A DNA stretch of 64,000 bases from an uncultured Pseudomonadota bacterium (GTDB taxonomy: Bacteria; Oederibacteriota; Muellerivitia; Muellerivitales; Muellerivitaceae): NCBI GenBank assembly GCA_963836235.1, contig CAWIIP010000001.1, positions 64,001 to 128,000 on the forward strand. The letters run 5' to 3'. The notes beneath the pieces were generated by a model, which did not search any database, had not been told where the DNA came from, and saw only the letters and a list, made by a program, of their open reading frames with translations. Shown here in pieces: positions 1 through 9,084 of this stretch; position 1 is the stretch's first letter; each line of letters begins with the position of its first letter. The position numbers and the translations under genes were made by a program.

Positions 1-3
1 AGG

Positions 4-1110
4 TTGAAATTGTTCCAACACCGGCTGGGATGGCGAGTTTTGGTGTTCCTGCTTTTAAGCCAGGCGGCTTTAGCGGACGTGGCTCCCATTTCCCTCACTT
101 TTTTCGGCTTGTATGGAACGCCCGTCCAACCGGCGGCCTTATCCAGTTCCACGACGAATGGTTTTGGCCTTGACGCCTTAGGCGAGTGGAACCCTTCCTA
201 TTATTTTTCCCTGGGCCTCAGTTTTGAGCAGGTCACTTTTTACAATTCGATCAATTTTTCCGTACCTATGTTCAATTTGGAAGGCCGGGTTTTCCCCTTT
301 GAGAACGGGAAAGACAAGTTTTCACCTTATCTTTATGGCGGGGCGGGATTGGACCTCACCGACCCGGGCGGAGCGGCCCAGTTCAAGGCGGGTATCGGAA
401 GCCGGGTTTCCATCGCAGGGCCTGTTTTCTTTGATATTGCCGCCGGCAGCCATTGGATCCAACCCCCGAACGAGTTTCAATATGTCGACGTCCGGGCGGG
501 ATTAAGCTGTTCCATCGATTTCAAACCAGCCGCCGCGAATTCCCCCACGCCGGCAGCGACTCCCGCCCTGGCTTCCCCCACGCCGCTCGCCCCAGCTTCC
601 GGTACGCCCACCGTAATGGAGACGCCCACGGCCAGCCAGTCCCCGGAAGAGATCAGCCTGGAAGAGAGCACGACGCCTACCCCCATGCCCGTGATTGAAG
701 CGGCGCCCGTGACCACCATCGCCGGGGTCAAAAAATACTACAAGTTGGGGATGCAGGCGTTTTTAGCCCAAAATTACAAACTGTCTTTCAAACTTTTGCA
801 TAAGTCTTTGGCCTCGAATGAAATCTTTGGCGCTTCTTATTATTACGCGGAAACTTACGCCACGCTTGGGGTGATCTATCAATTTCATTCCTCCAAGGTG
901 AAGGATCACGATAAGAAAGCCTTGTTTTGCTACCAAAAGGCGCTGGCCATCGATCCAACAACGAAGTCGGCGAGACATTATTATAAGAAACTCAAGGCGA
1001 AAATCGCAGCGGAGTCCAAAAAGAAACGCAGGCGCAAATCCGCACCAGTCCCGACTCCCACTGTCTCGGTTTCCACGGATACGAGTGGATCGACGACCCC
1101 GACGCAATAA
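4..1110 (+). CDS. Secreted protein: outer-membrane beta-barrel-like domain, Pro/Thr-rich linker, TPR-like domain, basic tail
   Basis: Signal peptide ending ALA-D. Alternating beta-strand pattern (SPYLYGGAGL, QFKAGIG, DVRAGLSCSIDF). SPTPAATP linker, then TPR-like YQKALAIDP and a KKKRRRK tail. The TTG start is at the window edge. Confidence 0.6.
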   Translation: MKLFQHRLGWRVLVFLLLSQAALADVAPISLTFFGLYGTPVQPAALSSSTTNGFGLDALGEWNPSYYFSLGLSFEQVTFYNSINFSVPMFNLEGRVFPFENGKDKFSPYLYGGAGLDLTDPGGAAQFKAGIGSRVSIAGPVFFDIAAGSHWIQPPNEFQYVDVRAGLSCSIDFKPAAANSPTPAATPALASPTPLAPASGTPTVMETPTASQSPEEISLEESTTPTPMPVIEAAPVTTIAGVKKYYKLGMQAFLAQNYKLSFKLLHKSLASNEIFGASYYYAETYATLGVIYQFHSSKVKDHDKKALFCYQKALAIDPTTKSARHYYKKLKAKIAAESKKKRRRKSAPVPTPTVSVSTDTSGSTTPTQ

Positions 1111-1207
1111 TTCCAAATTTTTTTATTCAGCGGATTTATATTGGGTTTGTTTGACCAAAGGGTTCGCGTGCCTGCCCTATACCGGCAACAGATTCATTAG
1201 GATTTTT

Positions 1208-1558
1208 ATGAAAATTAATTTTGGAAGAACAATTAAATATATTTGGGTTTTCATAACTGTTTTGATTTACATGTGGTCTGTTTTTTCGGTACCTTCGTAT
1301 TCTGAAAGTATGCTTGTTTTGATGATTGGTTTAACTTATCCAATCAGTGCTTTGTCTTATTCCGGGTTATGCGAATTAAATGTTTTTATGGGGCATCAGT
1401 TTAATATGAAAAACCCTCCTTATTTTTTCTCTATAGCTTTTGATTGGTTTTTTCTTTTTGCTTTTGGATATTTGCAGTGGTTTATCTGTGTGCCATTTGT
1501 TTATCGCTTTTTTAAAAATTTGTTTAAGGACTATTTTTTATCTCGCAATAAACCTTGA
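1208..1558 (+). CDS. AT-rich small integral membrane protein (about 3 TM), unknown function
   Basis: ATG at 1208 (MKINFG...) inside ORF 1085..1558. Hydrophobic segments, LTYP and GYLQWF motifs, and much lower GC than its neighbours. Confidence 0.6.
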   Translation: MKINFGRTIKYIWVFITVLIYMWSVFSVPSYSESMLVLMIGLTYPISALSYSGLCELNVFMGHQFNMKNPPYFFSIAFDWFFLFAFGYLQWFICVPFVYRFFKNLFKDYFLSRNKP

Positions 1559-1655
1559 AAAGGAAGTGGGTTGTTCTGAATGCGCAATCTGCATTTTCTC
1601 CTAATGACCGTTTGAATCAATTGAAAAAAACGTTTATTAAAAGCGGCCCTTCAAA

Positions 1656-2879
1656 ATGATTTTTTATTTGACCCGAAAATTAAAAATTGCTCTATTTCTT
1701 CTTTGCTTACTGGCATCAGTTCATTTCAATGTGGCCGCTCAAACCCAATCCCTCCCGGCCCCCCTGCTTCACGTGGACGGCCCGTTCCTTAAAGATCCTT
1801 CGGGAAAAAAAATAATATTACGGGGTATCAACCACCACGGTTTTCTCGACGTGCCCGACGGGGCTTGGGATTCGCCGGGAGCGCCACTCTATTCGGGTAT
1901 GGGGCATTGGGACCCAGACGTCGTCAAAAAAACACTCGAACAATATCACCAGCTGGGATTCAATGTGGTCCGCTTCCATACTATCGTTGATTGGTGGAAG
2001 AATAATCCCAAAACCTATCAAGACTCCTACCGGAATGTCACCTATCCGGAGACTTACCGGCAAATGATGGAAGACACCGTGAAGTGGGCGGGGGAGCGGG
2101 GGCTTTACGTTATCTTTGATTTTTTCGCCCTGAAAAACGTGGGGGGCCAGCAATCAGGACAGGAATCCCTTCCTTGGCCGCCGGGGGGCAGATTTCCTGA
2201 TGTTGTGAAGGACCGGGAGGAGTTTGAAAGCCTTTGGGTTTCCGCTGCCCAGCTGTTGGGCCGCTATCCCAATGTTCTTTTTGAACTGTACAACGAGCCC
2301 CATGGGGACGCCAAGGCCGAGGAAGACTGGTTTCAATTCGTGAAAGAGGTTCTTCTCCAAATCCGTGCCGTAACCCCCAACCCGGTGATCGTTCAGTGGG
2401 ATTACATGTGCTGGGTGAATTTGGACTATCCACCCCCGCAAAATTCGGCCTCCACCCTCGACTGGATCGGGAAGCATCCCCTTAACGACCCCAATCTCAT
2501 CTATGGCACCCACTTGTACCGAAACTCCGGCAACGGCGGGCCGGGAACCGCTCATCGAAGCGGGCCTCCCTTGGTTAATCTTTGGGAACACTCCGACATT
2601 GAGAAGGCGCTGACTTTGGCCCTGTTACCGGATGTCGCCCAAAAACTCCAGAAACCCCTACTGGTCACCGAGGTAGGCGCCTATCTGGCCAATGGAGGGG
2701 AAGACAAAGCCCACGAATTGGCCTGGTTCAAGAATACCTTGTCCATCCTGAATGGTTGGGGGATCGGCTATGTGGGTTGGGGTTGGGCCGATGACCGCCA
2801 GATTGCCCATGGCATTCTTCACGATGGGAAGCCCAATGAGGCCGGGAAGGTACTTTTGGATTCGCTTGGCAAACATTGA
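1656..2879 (+). CDS. Secreted glycoside hydrolase family 5 (cellulase family) protein
   Basis: Signal peptide; LHVDG...LRGIN, GFNVVR, acid/base ELYNEP, HLY, nucleophile LLVTEVG, GWGW. Confidence 0.85.
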   Translation: MIFYLTRKLKIALFLLCLLASVHFNVAAQTQSLPAPLLHVDGPFLKDPSGKKIILRGINHHGFLDVPDGAWDSPGAPLYSGMGHWDPDVVKKTLEQYHQLGFNVVRFHTIVDWWKNNPKTYQDSYRNVTYPETYRQMMEDTVKWAGERGLYVIFDFFALKNVGGQQSGQESLPWPPGGRFPDVVKDREEFESLWVSAAQLLGRYPNVLFELYNEPHGDAKAEEDWFQFVKEVLLQIRAVTPNPVIVQWDYMCWVNLDYPPPQNSASTLDWIGKHPLNDPNLIYGTHLYRNSGNGGPGTAHRSGPPLVNLWEHSDIEKALTLALLPDVAQKLQKPLLVTEVGAYLANGGEDKAHELAWFKNTLSILNGWGIGYVGWGWADDRQIAHGILHDGKPNEAGKVLLDSLGKH

Positions 2880-2921
2880 TGGAATACTTTATTAAAAAGA
2901 CATAAACCAAAGTAACCTAAT

Positions 2922-3707
2922 TTAGTTCACAAGCTGCCTGATTCTCTCAATCTTCGTCGCCTTGCCATTTTCCTTGTCCACCGATACCACCACGCACTGG
3001 AAAAGATAGGGCATTTCCTCCGAAACTTCGAAGCGGGAGGGGGCGCCGGTGAGGAAGCGGGATAACACCTGTGGCTGTTTCATTCCGATGATCGAGTTGG
3101 GGGAGCCCGACATGCCGATGTCGGTCAAATAGGCCGTTCCGCCGGGCAGGATTTCCTCGTCCGCCGTCATGATGTGGGTGTGGGTGCCGGTGACCGAACT
3201 GACCCGGCCGTTTAAATACCAGCCCATGGCTCTTTTCTCGCTGGTGGCCTCGCCGTGCATATCCACGATGATGACTTTGGCCTTGCCCTGAATCTGCTGG
3301 AGAGCGCGGTCGGCGGCTTTGAAGGGGCAGTCGAGGTTGATGTTCATGAAGGTGCGGCCCATCAGGTTGAGGACGGCTACCGGCGTTCCCTTGCAGTCGT
3401 AAATGCCCAGGCCCGATCCGGGGTTTTCCACGGGGTAGTTGTGGGGGCGAAGAAGGCGGGGGTCGTGGCCTATGATTTCCCGGACCTCTTTTTTCGACCA
3501 AATATGGTTTCCCGAAGTGACCACGTCGGCGCCGATTTCGAGGATATTCTTGAAGGAATCGGGCTGGATGCCACTGCCGGCGGCCAGGTTTTCGCCGTTG
3601 GCGACGGTGAAGTCGATATTGTGGTCGGCCTTGACCCGGCCGATGCAGTTGTGCACCGCGTGCCGGCCCGGTTTGCCCATAATGTCGCCGATGATGAGGA
3701 TGTTCAT
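2922..3707 (-). CDS. ymdB: YmdB-family metallophosphoesterase
   Basis: GDIMGKPGR, ANGEN, SGNHIW, VDMHGEATSEK, GTHTH, TDIGMSG motifs. Confidence 0.93.
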   Translation of the reverse strand: MNILIIGDIMGKPGRHAVHNCIGRVKADHNIDFTVANGENLAAGSGIQPDSFKNILEIGADVVTSGNHIWSKKEVREIIGHDPRLLRPHNYPVENPGSGLGIYDCKGTPVAVLNLMGRTFMNINLDCPFKAADRALQQIQGKAKVIIVDMHGEATSEKRAMGWYLNGRVSSVTGTHTHIMTADEEILPGGTAYLTDIGMSGSPNSIIGMKQPQVLSRFLTGAPSRFEVSEEMPYLFQCVVVSVDKENGKATKIERIRQLVN

Positions 3708-3796
3708 AGGTGTTCCTTTTTCTTTAGAGTCGGTTGAGAGTAAACAATAATAAGAATAAACACAACCCTCGTGGTAGGCGCTGTTCCAAAGGGGTG

Positions 3797-4369
3797 TTAT
3801 TTACAAAGCTGAAACCCTTTTTCGCTTAAAACGGCCTTGAGGGGAATGTCGTGGGGTTCGGTAGGGATTTTGTCCACGATTTGGAAAGAATAGCCCAAGC
3901 CGATGGTCAGGGTTGATTTCCTTAACTGGGGAAGGACACGGTCGTAATAGCCCTTGCCGAAGCCCAGGCGGTTGCCGGTGAGGTCGAAGGCCAGGCCGGG
4001 AACCAGGACTAGGTTGATTTCTTCCCAATCGGCGGGCTTGTTGCCGGAGGGTTCTAAAATGCCAAAAGGTCCCTTGACCAGCGTTTTGAAGTCCTGTACG
4101 GGATAAAAATGAAAATGGTTTTTGTCCGTCACCACTTTCGGCAGGTACAGCTTTTTGCCCAGTTCCAGGGAGCCTTCCAAAATCGAATAGGTGTTGATTT
4201 CACTGGGGGTGGAGGCGAAAGCGCCGATGCCTTTGGCCTTATCGAATTCCGGGCGTTTGCAAAGAATATTCCAGACCCCCTGGGAAGCGGATTCGGCGAA
4301 GGCGGGGTCCACTTGATCGCGCAATTGCTTCAACTTTTCCCGCAAGGGGGACTTATCGGAAGAGGTCAT
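3797..4369 (-). CDS. ygfA: 5-formyltetrahydrofolate cyclo-ligase
   Basis: GILEP, VPGLAFD..GNRLGFGKGYYDR, EPHD motifs. Confidence 0.93.
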   Translation of the reverse strand: MTSSDKSPLREKLKQLRDQVDPAFAESASQGVWNILCKRPEFDKAKGIGAFASTPSEINTYSILEGSLELGKKLYLPKVVTDKNHFHFYPVQDFKTLVKGPFGILEPSGNKPADWEEINLVLVPGLAFDLTGNRLGFGKGYYDRVLPQLRKSTLTIGLGYSFQIVDKIPTEPHDIPLKAVLSEKGFQLCK

Positions 4370-5706
4370 GGTTGCGGCTTTCCACTTGGGCTCTGGGATT
4401 TTTCCAGTTTCTGGAGATGCTCCAACCAGGCCTTGATCTTGGCCTCGTAGCCCAAGTTGGTGGGGGAATAGTACCGGCCCAGGTTGGGGGCATATTCCTG
4501 TTTCACGTAATGGTCCGGATAGTCGTGGGCATATTGGTATCCTTTGCCATGCTCCAAAACCTTGGCGCCGGAATAATGGGCGTCTTTCAGGTGGAGAGGC
4601 ACTTCCTTGTTCGTTTCCTTTTTAACGTCTTCCGTCGCCGATTCCAAACCAATATAGGAGGCGTTGCTTTTGGGGGCGCAGGCCAGATAGACCGTGGCTT
4701 GGGCCAGGGGAATGCGGCCTTCGGGCAGACCGATGAATTCCAGGGCTTGTTGGGCGGCGACGGCCAGGGGCAGGGCCTGGGGATCGGCGTTGCCCACGTC
4801 TTCCGCCGCCGATATGACCAGCCTTCGGGCAATAAAACGGGGGTCTTCCCCGGCGTAAAGCATCTTGGCCAGCCAATGGAGGGCGGCGTCCGGATCCGAA
4901 CCCCGGATACTTTTGATGAAGGCCGAAATGGTGTCGTAATGTTGGTCGCCGGAGGCGTCGTACTGAACCATTCTTTTCTGGATGGATTCCTGGGCGACTT
5001 CCAAGTCGAAGTGAATGATGCCGGCCTCGTCGGAAGGGGTGGTCATGACACCCACTTCCAGGGCGTTCAAGAGGGTGCGGGCGTCACCGGAAGCGGCTTT
5101 CAACAAATGGGTTTTCGCCTCCGGCGCCAGGTCCACCTTGTATTTTCCCAATCCTTTTTCGGAGTCCTGAAGGGCCTTTTCCAAAATAACTCCGAGAGAC
5201 TTTTCCTCCAAAGGCCGCAATTCGCAGACCCGGGAGCGGGAAAGCAGGGCGGTGTTGAGGGCGAAAAAAGGGTTCTGGGTGGTGGCGCCGACGAGGATGA
5301 TGGTGCCTTGCTCCAAATGGGGAAGAAGGGCGTCCTGCTGGCTTTTGTTGAAATGATGGATTTCATCTAAAAAGAGAATGGTGGATTGCTGGTAGAGTTT
5401 CTTGTTTTCAGCGGCTTCGTCAAAAACCTTTCTCAAGTCGGCGAGCCCTGAGGTGACGGCGTTGAGGGCCACAAAGCGGCTTTTCATCCGGCGCGCGACC
5501 AGGCGGGCGAAGGCGGTTTTGCCGGTGCCGGGGGGGCCGTAAAGAATCAAGGAAACGATCCGATTGGCTTCCAAGAGACGGCGCAGGAGTTTGCCGGGGC
5601 CTACCAGGTGTTCCTGCCCCACATAATCCTCAAGAGTCCGGGGAGACATGCGGATGGCCAGCGGGCGGGCGCTGCTTTCCTCAACGGCTGAATCAAACAA
5701 ATCCAT
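4366..5706 (-). CDS. rarA: Replication-associated recombination protein A (AAA+ ATPase, MgsA)
   Basis: GPPGTGKT, DEIHHFNKSQQD, HYDTISAFIKSIRGSD, VPLHL, YQYAHDY. Confidence 0.95.
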   Translation of the reverse strand: MDLFDSAVEESSARPLAIRMSPRTLEDYVGQEHLVGPGKLLRRLLEANRIVSLILYGPPGTGKTAFARLVARRMKSRFVALNAVTSGLADLRKVFDEAAENKKLYQQSTILFLDEIHHFNKSQQDALLPHLEQGTIILVGATTQNPFFALNTALLSRSRVCELRPLEEKSLGVILEKALQDSEKGLGKYKVDLAPEAKTHLLKAASGDARTLLNALEVGVMTTPSDEAGIIHFDLEVAQESIQKRMVQYDASGDQHYDTISAFIKSIRGSDPDAALHWLAKMLYAGEDPRFIARRLVISAAEDVGNADPQALPLAVAAQQALEFIGLPEGRIPLAQATVYLACAPKSNASYIGLESATEDVKKETNKEVPLHLKDAHYSGAKVLEHGKGYQYAHDYPDHYVKQEYAPNLGRYYSPTNLGYEAKIKAWLEHLQKLEKSQSPSGKPQP

Positions 5707-5859
5707 GACTTTATGATAGAGAACTGGGTAAATGACAACAAGAGGGGAACCGTAGTTTTGAATTGTGGGCTGTCATTTAATCTGCCAATTAAATGATTTT
5801 TTGACTTAATTCGCGACCAAGGATTTAAAAGGTGGGACTGCTTTTTAAGAAAAAAAGGT

Positions 5860-6040
5860 GAGCCTGCCACCTGTGCCGGTTAAGACAGTACTCTTCTGAG
5901 CCTGACCTAGTCAGGTGGGCGCCCTCACAAACGGTTCATTGCTTCCGAAGAAGACTATCCCCGATTGGTCTGTGGGAACCCATAATTGTTTTTTGTGGCT
6001 CAGAATTTCCCGCCCCAAGATCGAACACCGCAGGAGGCTC
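5860..6040 (-). ncRNA. ssrS: 6S RNA (SsrS)
   Basis: 181 nt with complementary ends (GAGCC...GGCUC) followed by a U-run. Carries 6S-like motifs CCUGCGGUGUUCG at the 5' end and GGGCGCCCACCUG and CGGCAC at the 3' end. Lies between zapA and ygfA and has its own sigma70 promoter. Confidence 0.85.
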
Positions 6041-6046
6041 GAAAGT

Positions 6047-6074
6047 ATTTTAAAAGGGGAATAGGACTTGTCAA
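6047..6074 (-). promoter_or_regulatory. Sigma70 promoter of 6S RNA
   Basis: TTGACA-16 nt-TAAAAT on the minus strand, with 6 nt between the -10 box and the predicted 5' G at 6040. Confidence 0.75.
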
Positions 6075-6270
6075 GGCCGGTTCGGCGGAGGAAAAGCCGG
6101 ATTTCGGTTTGGAACCACAAATTTGTTGACGGATACCCAAATGGCCGAAGTTCGATTTAACCAGGATTTGGTTTGAGAAAAAGGAGACTATGACAAATGA
6201 TTCAAATGAGCAGTTGAGAATTTAAGTTGGCTATTGGAAAATGCTTCCCGATTCAGGAAGGATTCCTCCG

Positions 6271-6546
6271 ATGCAAATTCATATCCGCTCCTCCCAACTG
6301 CCCCGATGGATTGTGCCGGTTTTGATACTCGTGGCGTTGGCCTTAATCCCTTTCGCCTTGATGCTGGGGTTGACCCTGGCCGCGGTGGCCATCGGCGCCT
6401 CAGCCTTGCGGCTTTTATGGCCCTCTCCCGGGAAACAGGAAGCCGGTCCCAAGGAATTTCCTTTTTCGAAGGCCGAGAAAAGATTTTCCGATCCTTCCGC
6501 CATCGACGCGGAATATGAGGTAAAGGACAGCGATGAAAAAAAATAA
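6271..6546 (+). CDS. Small membrane protein overlapping the glgP start
   Basis: Hydrophobic hairpin and acidic IDAEYEV tail. Start is 6271 (MQIHI) or 6241. Overlaps glgP by 14 nt. Confidence 0.6.
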   Translation: MQIHIRSSQLPRWIVPVLILVALALIPFALMLGLTLAAVAIGASALRLLWPSPGKQEAGPKEFPFSKAEKRFSDPSAIDAEYEVKDSDEKK

Positions 6547-9043
6547 TTCCGTCAAAACCATCAAACGCCAAACGGACTCCAAAAGCGCCTCCGAGTTCGA
6601 GCTTTACAAGGGGATTCGGGCCGAGGACTTTAAACATTCCTTCCTGGAAAACCTCAAGTACCGGCTGATCAAGGAAAGCGAAACCGCCACCGACTATGAT
6701 CGTTACTTAAGTTTAGCTTACGCGATCCGCGACCGGCAGGTGGAAAATTGGGTCGCGACCCAAAAGACCTACCGGACCCAAAAAGTCAAAAGGGTTTATT
6801 ACCTGTCCCTGGAGTTCCTGATGGGAAGGACCTTGGGCAACTCGGTCATCAATCTGCAGGTTTCGGACATGGTCTCGAAAGCCCTTCAGGATTTGGGCCT
6901 CAACTTGGAGGAGATCCGGGAAGCCGAGATTGACGCGGGCCTGGGGAACGGCGGACTGGGCCGCTTGGCCGCCTGCTTCATGGATTCCCTGGCGACCTTG
7001 GAGATTCCGGCTTACGGTTACGGTATCCGCTACGATTACGGCATATTCCGGCAAAAAATCGTTCGGGGATACCAGGTGGAAGAGCCCGACGAATGGTTGA
7101 GCATGGAAAACCCCTGGGAGAAAGCCCGGCCCGAATATACCTACCGCATCAAATTCGGGGGCCACGTGGTCCAACGCACCAACCGGAGCGGGAAACAAGT
7201 GTTCGATTGGGTGGACACCGAGGATGTCCTGGCCGCGGCTTACGACACTCCGATTCCCGGCTATGGAAACAAAACCGTGAACAACCTGAGGCTATGGTCG
7301 GCCAAGGCCACCGAGGAATTCGACCTCGACTTTTTCAACAAAGGGAACTACTTCGCCGCCACCTCCAAAAAGACCGAGACCGAATCCATTTCCAAGGTTC
7401 TTTACCCCAATGACAACAGCGCGGAAGGGCGGGAACTGCGCCTCAAGCAACAGTACTTTTTCGTGTCGGCTTCTATCCAGGATATCCTGCGGCGCTTTAA
7501 GCGGGAGCACGGGGATTTCCGCGTATTACCGGACGTGGCCGCCATCCAGCTCAATGACACGCACCCTACGATCGCCATCGCCGAATTCATGCGCATCATG
7601 CTGGATTTGGAAGGGCTGGATTGGGAATTGGCTTGGGAAATGAACAAGTCGATCTTCGGTTACACCAACCATACCCTCCTGCCGGAAGCCTTGGAAAAGT
7701 GGCCGATCAACCTTTTTGGCCGCCTTTTTCCCCGGCATCTCCAGATTATCCAGGAAATCAACGCCCGGTTTTTAAGGGAAGTGGCCAACCGCTATCCGGG
7801 CGACAACGAACGGCTGCGCCGAATGTCCATTTTCGAGGAAGGCCCGGACCCGCATATCCGCATGGCCCACTTGGCCATCGTGGGAAGCCATTCGGTGAAC
7901 GGCGTCTCCGCCCTGCATACGGAACTGCTGAAAAGCGACGTGGTGCCCGATTTCAACGACCTTTATCCCGAACGTTTCAACAATAAAACCAACGGGATCA
8001 CCCAAAGAAGGTGGCTGAGGAAGTGCAATACCGGACTTTCCGAACTGATCACCTCCAAAATCGGCGACAAGTGGGTGACCGATTTGGGCCAGCTGAAAAA
8101 ATTGGAAAAATTCGCCGAAGACAAGAAATTCCAGGTTCTGTGGAGGGAAGTCAAGAAACAGAACAAGGAAAAACTGGCCTCCCTCATCGCCCTGGAACAG
8201 CGTCTGGCGATCGATACGACCTCCATTTTTGACGTCCAGGTCAAGCGCATCCATGAGTACAAACGCCAGCTTTTGAACGCCTTGCACGTTATCGCTCTTT
8301 ACCGGAGGATCAAGGCCGATCCCGGCGCTCCCTTCGTTCCCCGGAGCGTTTTCTTCGGCGGCAAAGCCGCTCCCGGCTACCACCTGGCCAAGCTCATCAT
8401 CAAGTTTATCGGGGCCATCGGCGACGTGGTCAACCAGGACCCCCAGATCAAGGGGAAGCTGATGAGCGTCTTCCTCCCGAATTACCGGGTGTCCCTCGCG
8501 GAAAAAATCATTCCGGCGACCGACCTATCCGAACAAATCTCAACCGCCGGAAAGGAAGCTTCCGGCACCGGAAACATGAAATTCGCCCTCAATGGAGCCT
8601 TGACGATCGGGACCCTGGACGGGGCCAACGTTGAAATTAAAGAAGAAGTCGGCAACGAGAACATCTTTATCTTCGGGCTGACGGCGGAAGAAGTGACGCA
8701 AACCCGGCGGCAGGGATACAACCCCCGGGATTATTACCATAAATCGGCCGAATTAAAAGGCGTGCTGGATTTGATCGCCAGCGGATTTTTCTCCCCGGAA
8801 AATCCCGGTCTCTTCCAACCGATCTACGATACCCTCATGAACCATGATGAGTACCTGCTGTTGGCGGATTTTGACGCTTATGTGGAATGCCAAGACAAGG
8901 TCGCCCAGGTTTACCGGGACCAGAACGAGTGGGCGCGGATGTCCATTTTGAACGTGGCCCGCATGGGAAAGTTCTCAAGCGACCGGACGATCCAAGAATA
9001 CTGTGATGATATTTGGCGGGTGAGGCCGGTTAAGATCAGCTGA
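6533..9043 (+). CDS. glgP: Glycogen/maltodextrin phosphorylase
   Basis: GLGNGGLGRLAACF, QLNDTHP, KRIHEYKRQ, PLP-lysine motif EASGTGNMK. Confidence 0.97.
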   Translation: MKKNNSVKTIKRQTDSKSASEFELYKGIRAEDFKHSFLENLKYRLIKESETATDYDRYLSLAYAIRDRQVENWVATQKTYRTQKVKRVYYLSLEFLMGRTLGNSVINLQVSDMVSKALQDLGLNLEEIREAEIDAGLGNGGLGRLAACFMDSLATLEIPAYGYGIRYDYGIFRQKIVRGYQVEEPDEWLSMENPWEKARPEYTYRIKFGGHVVQRTNRSGKQVFDWVDTEDVLAAAYDTPIPGYGNKTVNNLRLWSAKATEEFDLDFFNKGNYFAATSKKTETESISKVLYPNDNSAEGRELRLKQQYFFVSASIQDILRRFKREHGDFRVLPDVAAIQLNDTHPTIAIAEFMRIMLDLEGLDWELAWEMNKSIFGYTNHTLLPEALEKWPINLFGRLFPRHLQIIQEINARFLREVANRYPGDNERLRRMSIFEEGPDPHIRMAHLAIVGSHSVNGVSALHTELLKSDVVPDFNDLYPERFNNKTNGITQRRWLRKCNTGLSELITSKIGDKWVTDLGQLKKLEKFAEDKKFQVLWREVKKQNKEKLASLIALEQRLAIDTTSIFDVQVKRIHEYKRQLLNALHVIALYRRIKADPGAPFVPRSVFFGGKAAPGYHLAKLIIKFIGAIGDVVNQDPQIKGKLMSVFLPNYRVSLAEKIIPATDLSEQISTAGKEASGTGNMKFALNGALTIGTLDGANVEIKEEVGNENIFIFGLTAEEVTQTRRQGYNPRDYYHKSAELKGVLDLIASGFFSPENPGLFQPIYDTLMNHDEYLLLADFDAYVECQDKVAQVYRDQNEWARMSILNVARMGKFSSDRTIQEYCDDIWRVRPVKIS

Positions 9044-9059
9044 AATTTTCAAACGAATA

Positions 9060-9084
9060 CTCCGCCAGAAACGGAGGTTTTTTT
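9060..9084 (+). terminator. Intrinsic terminator after glgP
   Basis: CTCCG-7 nt-CGGAG stem followed by T7. Confidence 0.55.

Noticed and set aside
4372-5370. 332-aa ORF antisense to rarA, and the many similar shadow ORFs
   Set aside because: Antisense frames of well-supported genes, expected from GC-biased codon usage; no motifs.
5911-6120. 69-aa minus-strand ORF
   Set aside because: Overlaps the 6S RNA and its promoter; no protein-like features.
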